Part shown: positions 59,151-64,000 of the stretch, piece after piece
How positions within the stretch are numbered: the stretch's first letter is position 1
Layout: each line of letters begins with the position of its first letter
Origin: a virus
Reading direction: 5' to 3' (one strand)
DNA length: 64,000 bases
Virus record (IMG/VR): IMGVR_UViG_3300050343_000216
Location: 1 to 64,000 of that record
Made by a program: the position numbers and the translations under genes
Notes under the pieces: model-generated
Told to the model about the DNA's origin: nothing
What the model saw: only the letters and a program-made list of their open reading frames with translations
The model's database searches: none

Positions 59151-61565
59151 TTACCTTGCGTTGGCGTATTTTTGGGGCATCTCTGCGAATGCTATGTAAA
59201 TGTAAGTGCCAGCAGATGCGTTTTGGTCTAGCCATCCTGATCCACCTTTACGTAGCTTGAATCCATTTGAAAGCATATCCCAGCGGATATAATTTGCGTT
59301 TTCAGCGTAGTTTTCGTTAGCATATATAGTTGCGGCGGCAACATTGTGAGGATCACGTTTGTTGTCTAACAAGACCCAGTTATTCCCTGCGTCCGTTCTT
59401 TTAACCATCACAAACGCTGGCCTAAACCCTGTGTAAATAAACAAGCCGTCATCAACTCCGTTGCCTGTGTAGCTACCGAACTTGCTGAATCCTTCAACGC
59501 TGTGGAAGCAGTAGGCCACCTGATTCGTACCGCCTGTAAAGGGGACATTGCTAAAAACTGAACTTGTTGGTGCTGTATAGCCGCTATCTGCTTTTGCATT
59601 TGTGTTGTTAAGCTGAAAGTAATCCAGCGACCCATCTATTACAGTTGTGCCCGTCCACCAATAGCCACCGCTTGATAAGTTCCGACTCTTTTGAATTACA
59701 AGTTGGGGCGTTGAAGATAAGCCGTGTCCAACAGTGCCAGCACTTGATCCGTTGTATGCAACAATACTAAACCCAGCATCAGTATTAGCAGACACGGTGG
59801 ACGTAATAGTGCCGTCACTGTTGCTTACGCCTGAACCGCCAGCTTTTAGCGCCCATGCCACATAAGTCTCGTTGTTTGTATTTAAACTATAAGAACTTGA
59901 ACTAGAGTAGGGGGCATCAATAGTGTTGTTGCTGTTCATGTTGAAGTCACCAAAACTATATTCTGCAATGGTGACGTTAGTGTTTAATCCAACGTCACCG
60001 CGCAACCTGTCAAATATTGTATGATTTGTTGAACTGCTACTGCGGTTTTTCATCCAAACAAAATCTACATCTAACCCTACATTAACGCTTTGGGTGTCCC
60101 CATTAGAACTGCCATTACCCGTGTACAACGCAGTATTAAAATGATCTTGTGGGCTGTTGTTTACAGCAGGGTTAAACGCCGCTACTGGAGCAGGCAGGTT
60201 AGCCGTACATAAGGCTAGGTAGCCTGCTGGTGGTGCGTAGTAGAAGTCACCAAGTCCGTTGGCGTCTGTGTTGCCTTGTGCTGTTTTGTTCCCAGCAAAA
60301 TCAGAGGCTTGACCAAAATTAACTACGCCTGTTACACCGTAATCTCCAACAAGAAACCACAAAGTACCGTCACTTGGAAGGGCAATTGTTGCTCCATTAC
60401 CTGTTTGAAGTGTTCCGTTTTTAGTAAATGTTAATTGGTTATTATCCCTATCAACGAGAGCCTGAATAACTGTTCCAGATGGAACTGTAATTGACCCTTG
60501 CCTTCCACCGTTTTCAACAAAAGTTTGTCCATAACCGGCTGCATCGTTTATTCCATAAAAACCCCTACCGGAAGTAACCAAATGGGTATGTAAATAAGGA
60601 AAAGCCGCTGTGCTTATAACCCCAATCGTGTTGTAATTTGAATTTGTTGGCGTTGTGCTAAACCAGCATTCAATAATATATTTGCCCGTTGAAGGTATAG
60701 CGATGGTTGCCTGCCCATATTTATATGCATTACTTATAGTCCATTTAAGGTCTCCTTCAGACATTGTTGCTTTATTCGTCTCAATAGAATTCAACGTAGC
60801 AAAGTTATTCGTCGGGCTATCAAGCATCCAAGACACTGCCGCTACGCCTACGCTTGTCCAGTTGTTTCCTTGACCTGAAGCGTCGATAGGATTAGTCGCT
60901 CTGGTAGCGAAATCTAAGTAGTAATCGTGACTGCCATAACTGCCTGCGTACTTCTTAGGAATCCATGTGTCTGCCTTGGTTTCGCCAAAGCTGGTGGGCG
61001 CTAATTGGGATCCGCTAATGTAATTAACTTCAGTTATGTAAAAGTTAGAATAGACGTTTTGGTTGTAGGCGTTTCTACCGATATCCTGCACTTCGGTAGT
61101 TCCAATGCGACTACCCAATCCTTGGGCTGGATACTGAGCAGAAGCAAAGGAAGTTTCTTGCTCGCCATTGACGTATATTTTAATTCTGTTGGATGCCGTT
61201 CCTTGAGTGGAGTCATATGCCACAACAATGTGATACCAAGCGGCTGGATCGCGGAACTGCTTGGAGGTGATTACTTGAATTTCTGTACTACCGTTCCACT
61301 GGTACACGTTTAGTCTTTGGTTTGTGCTATCAAAATAAATAAGAAATTCTCTAGTACTCGCAACGCCTGCACTCAGTAAGTACCCTCCGGTGGTTACGCC
61401 CCAATTTTTTACCCAAGCACTCCATGTAAATGTATCCGCATTACTGCTAGACGAGGGTGTTCTTGTGTAAAGCGTGCCGTTATTTAGGCGCGCACAGTTA
61501 CCTATCTCATGCGGATAAAAGTACGGTGAGTACATCCATTGCTGTGAACCGAAGGGACCTGACAT
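59151..61565 (-). CDS. Large virion protein with LamG/ConA-like and SPRY-like domains (putative adhesin)
   Basis: FRDPAAWYHIVVAYDSTQ (LamG); DSPTNNFAT; NFGQ...PPAGYLALCTANL; repeats ending YIYIAFAE. Confidence 0.8.
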   Translation of the reverse strand: MSGPFGSQQWMYSPYFYPHEIGNCARLNNGTLYTRTPSSSSNADTFTWSAWVKNWGVTTGGYLLSAGVASTREFLIYFDSTNQRLNVYQWNGSTEIQVITSKQFRDPAAWYHIVVAYDSTQGTASNRIKIYVNGEQETSFASAQYPAQGLGSRIGTTEVQDIGRNAYNQNVYSNFYITEVNYISGSQLAPTSFGETKADTWIPKKYAGSYGSHDYYLDFATRATNPIDASGQGNNWTSVGVAAVSWMLDSPTNNFATLNSIETNKATMSEGDLKWTISNAYKYGQATIAIPSTGKYIIECWFSTTPTNSNYNTIGVISTAAFPYLHTHLVTSGRGFYGINDAAGYGQTFVENGGRQGSITVPSGTVIQALVDRDNNQLTFTKNGTLQTGNGATIALPSDGTLWFLVGDYGVTGVVNFGQASDFAGNKTAQGNTDANGLGDFYYAPPAGYLALCTANLPAPVAAFNPAVNNSPQDHFNTALYTGNGSSNGDTQSVNVGLDVDFVWMKNRSSSSTNHTIFDRLRGDVGLNTNVTIAEYSFGDFNMNSNNTIDAPYSSSSSYSLNTNNETYVAWALKAGGSGVSNSDGTITSTVSANTDAGFSIVAYNGSSAGTVGHGLSSTPQLVIQKSRNLSSGGYWWTGTTVIDGSLDYFQLNNTNAKADSGYTAPTSSVFSNVPFTGGTNQVAYCFHSVEGFSKFGSYTGNGVDDGLFIYTGFRPAFVMVKRTDAGNNWVLLDNKRDPHNVAAATIYANENYAENANYIRWDMLSNGFKLRKGGSGWLDQNASAGTYIYIAFAEMPQKYANAR

Positions 61566-61574
61566 AGTTTATCC

Positions 61575-61988
61575 TTAACTAAACGCGAGCTGAGGGGCGC
61601 CTAACAAAATACGTCCCGATGCAGCAACAATATAAGGCACAATATCCGTGGTCGATGCGGCAGAAGACAAGGTAAGTCCTGCCCCACCCGTAGTCTCATA
61701 GTCAGTGCCGAGAGACACCGTTCGACTTCCTGTGCCATCCTGAATAAACACGATAAACCCAGACTGGCCTACAGCTTCAGTTGTAGGATTTGCTAACGTA
61801 ACATTACCTGTCAATGTAAGTACAAAGTTTTGATAGGTAGCAAAATCAAGAGTAGTTGAGCCCGAAGCATTCGCAGTTTGAGTAGCTGCAGTTGCACTTT
61901 TACTGATAGAAACAGTACCCGCATCGGCAATAACAAAAGCTGCATTTGCAGTTTTGCTTTGAAGATTTTGTACATTAAGAGTAGACAT
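61575..61988 (-). CDS. Fibre-associated structural protein
   Basis: LTLTGNVTLANPT...GQSG.I..IQDGTGSRT. Confidence 0.7.
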   Translation of the reverse strand: MSTLNVQNLQSKTANAAFVIADAGTVSISKSATAATQTANASGSTTLDFATYQNFVLTLTGNVTLANPTTEAVGQSGFIVFIQDGTGSRTVSLGTDYETTGGAGLTLSSAASTTDIVPYIVAASGRILLGAPQLAFS

Positions 61989-61997
61989 TTTTATTCC

Positions 61998-62546
61998 TTA
62001 AATAATTTTCCATTGCGCCCCGTTTGCTACTGTTACTGCTGAGCCATTAGCGATAGAAATTGGTCCTGTGGACATAGCATTATCAGTTCCAGCAATAGTT
62101 GTATTTGTAGAAACTGTTTGTGCATGAGTTAAAATGGGGGCACTAAGAGAAACTAGCTTGCTACTTGCAATTGTAATTGCTGTAGCCGTAGCATTGTCAT
62201 CAATACCGGTTGAAGAAAAATTGGTTAGTGGGTAACTTAGTTGAGTCTCCCCTACAGTATTATCAGCAGGAGTACCAATACTCAATACATCTCCGAGTAC
62301 TAAAATATAATCAATAGAATCATTCGAAGTTAGTGCACTTGCAAAAACAATTGTGGATCCAGATACTGAATATGCAGTATCGGGCGCCTGGGTAACACCG
62401 TTTAGAGAAACAATAAGATTTCGTGCACTTGCAGGAAAATACGCAGTGCTATTGCGTGTAAGGTTAAAAGTCGCCGTCGCAGAAGTCGTAATACTATCAA
62501 GAAGTATAAAATTTCCTGCTTTTGGCTGTTTACCTATAAATGCCAT
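61998..62546 (-). CDS. Short modular fibre/adaptor protein
   Basis: VSLNGVTQAP module; YPLTNFSSTGIDDNATATAITI; NAMSTGPI...W tail. Confidence 0.75.
   Translation of the reverse strand: MAFIGKQPKAGNFILLDSITTSATATFNLTRNSTAYFPASARNLIVSLNGVTQAPDTAYSVSGSTIVFASALTSNDSIDYILVLGDVLSIGTPADNTVGETQLSYPLTNFSSTGIDDNATATAITIASSKLVSLSAPILTHAQTVSTNTTIAGTDNAMSTGPISIANGSAVTVANGAQWKII
62190..62219 (-). repeat. GIDDNA junction repeat, right array
   Basis: AGCATTGTCATCAATACCGGTTGAAGAAAA. Confidence 0.85.
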
Positions 62547-62560
62547 TATTTAGTCTCCAA

Positions 62561-63925
62561 TCAAATCGCCGCAATAATAAAGGCTAGTAACTCTGAATAA
62601 CGTATACCCATACGGCTTTTTTGTTCGCCAGTTTCCTCATCTTTCCAAGAGTCGTAGGTAAACATTCCATACCGCCCTGCGTCTAAACTTTCGGCTTCAA
62701 ACGCGGCTTTTAAATCTTGGGCGACAATTCCAAAATGGATGCGAGCTACTTCGTCACTATCTGAGTTATTATCTTTTGCCGCCACAGCATCTTTCCATCG
62801 ATATTTACGCAAAAGTCCTTTTGCTGCCACAGCTACACGCTTTTCTGCATCCGTTGGTGCTTCGATATCCTGCTTTTCATTGCGATCTGAAGTGTTTATA
62901 CTCCCCGTACCCGCATAGACAGTGTGGAATCGAGCACTAGTTTGACCTAAGTATACTGCGTTATCTCTTGGTACTCCTAGCTCTTTGCAGGGAAAAACTG
63001 CGTTTGCGCTATCAACAAACCGCAACCCAGCATCCCCTTGCTGTATATAAATACTGTCGCTGTCCTTATCGCCAATAGCCCCTACAGTACTGTTATTTCT
63101 AAGAAAAATAATATGATCGCCGCTATTGGTAAGCCTATTACTCACAATTGTTCTTGCTCCGCTCTTGCAGAAAGACGCGTCCCCTCCCTCATTAATCCGA
63201 ACACCTGTACTACTATTGTTCTCTGCGGTTTTTCCAACTAGCACTGTACCGTTTGAGGTAAGACGCATACGCTCTTGCAAGCCATCACTGTCGAAAGTAT
63301 GAAACTCTATAGCGCCCCCACTAGCGTCTGTATTAAGTCTTGCTCTTACTGTATCTTTACCTTCATAACAAAAATCTAGAGAGGCTTCATAACCGCTCCC
63401 TCCGCCGTTGACAATTTTTACTCGAGAAGAGTGACTACTATTATCTTCTCGTCCAACTAATAAATGGCCGAAATGATTTAGTTGCATATGGTTGTAAAAT
63501 GTAGTATCATCTCTTGTATAAAACTTTAAACAAGCTTCTCGTGCACTAACATCTGTCCAATTACTTCGAATTGCGGAACCGTAAGCTGAAGTGCTTCCTG
63601 AGTAGTATCCACCAAAATTAATTGAAGCATGGTCATCGCCGTCGGCGGGGCTGGCACTGAAATGCAGTAAATCAACTTGAGCGCCCCCGGCTCCTGAGTT
63701 TGTTGATGTAACTCTTATCGCGTCTCCACTTCCATTGATATGTAAAAGAGCTGCGGGAGAAGCGGTACCAATACCTACTTTCTCTGAACTATCAATTGTA
63801 ATAGCAGTCGCATCAGCATTGTCATCAATACCAGTTGAAGAAAAGGTTGTAAGCGGGTAAGTAAGATCCGCGGCAACGATAGTGCCTGCGGGTACACCTA
63901 ATGAGTTGATGGTTGTACGAGCCAT
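62561..63925 (-). CDS. Modular tail fibre protein with peptidase S74 chaperone
   Basis: YPLTTFSSTGIDDNADATAITIDSSEKVGIG; TSDRNEKQDI; HFGIVAQ; GIRYSELLAFI. Confidence 0.85.
   Translation of the reverse strand: MARTTINSLGVPAGTIVAADLTYPLTTFSSTGIDDNADATAITIDSSEKVGIGTASPAALLHINGSGDAIRVTSTNSGAGGAQVDLLHFSASPADGDDHASINFGGYYSGSTSAYGSAIRSNWTDVSAREACLKFYTRDDTTFYNHMQLNHFGHLLVGREDNSSHSSRVKIVNGGGSGYEASLDFCYEGKDTVRARLNTDASGGAIEFHTFDSDGLQERMRLTSNGTVLVGKTAENNSSTGVRINEGGDASFCKSGARTIVSNRLTNSGDHIIFLRNNSTVGAIGDKDSDSIYIQQGDAGLRFVDSANAVFPCKELGVPRDNAVYLGQTSARFHTVYAGTGSINTSDRNEKQDIEAPTDAEKRVAVAAKGLLRKYRWKDAVAAKDNNSDSDEVARIHFGIVAQDLKAAFEAESLDAGRYGMFTYDSWKDEETGEQKSRMGIRYSELLAFIIAAI
63804..63835 (-). repeat. GIDDNA junction repeat, right array
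   Basis: Identical to 58459-58490; 63815-63844 also matches 62190-62219 at 29/30. Confidence 0.9.
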
Positions 63926-64000
63926 TAGATACTTTCTGCCAGCATGAATCCCATAGTTACAACGAGACCCCCTAGAAAAATGATTGCTGCACCTGCTGCA
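63925..64000 (-). CDS. C-terminal fragment of a membrane protein (window edge)
   Basis: AAGAAIIFLGGLVVTMGFMLAESI*; its stop overlaps the next start. Confidence 0.45.
   Translation of the reverse strand, partial: AAGAAIIFLGGLVVTMGFMLAESI

Noticed and set aside
25177-63925. Invertase-type shufflon
   Set aside because: All cassettes are on the same strand, each has its own start codon, the repeats are direct, and no site-specific recombinase was seen.
1-64000. tRNA genes, CRISPR array, integrase or att site
   Set aside because: No cloverleaf, regularly spaced repeat-spacer pattern or recombinase motif was recognised by eye; tRNAscan-SE and a CRISPR finder would confirm.

Overview
A 64-kb segment of a lytic, T5-like (Demerecviridae-type) siphovirus, probably marine and probably infecting a Gammaproteobacterium; both habitat and host are inferred. 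The + strand (1-25.2 kb) begins with an accessory and lysis region: Hsp20, spanins, several micro-ORFs, an alternative oxidase, IscU, a TorF-type porin, endolysin and a DenV-like glycosylase. A T5-syntenic replication block follows: D2, D3, PC4-like protein, split NAD ligase, D5, DnaB, primase, family A polymerase, PhoH, D10-D15 and class Ia RNR. The - strand (25.2-64 kb) is the morphogenesis region: a T5-like head, neck and tail tube, a lambda-like M-L-K-I-J tail tip, and two separate arrays of small modular fibre genes flanking the structural operon. Five things stand out. (1) At least six fibre genes share a GIDDNA-x-x-T-A-I-T-I junction whose DNA is locally identical (32 bp and 21 bp) and specific to each array, which suggests a recombination-shuffled fibre repertoire. 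(2) An AOX-IscU-porin module sits inside the lysis cassette. (3) IscU co-occurs with a gpL-like tail protein that keeps the Fe-S-type cysteines. (4) A cluster of very basic small proteins lies next to the terminase. (5) There are eight near-consensus sigma70 promoters and an intact -1 frameshift site in the tail chaperone. The intervals 13.4-25.2 kb and 45.4-51 kb contain many indels and apparent deletions that look like sequencing or consensus errors, so gene boundaries there are approximate. No tRNA, CRISPR array, integrase or reverse transcriptase was seen. All family assignments come from motif recognition, not database searches.
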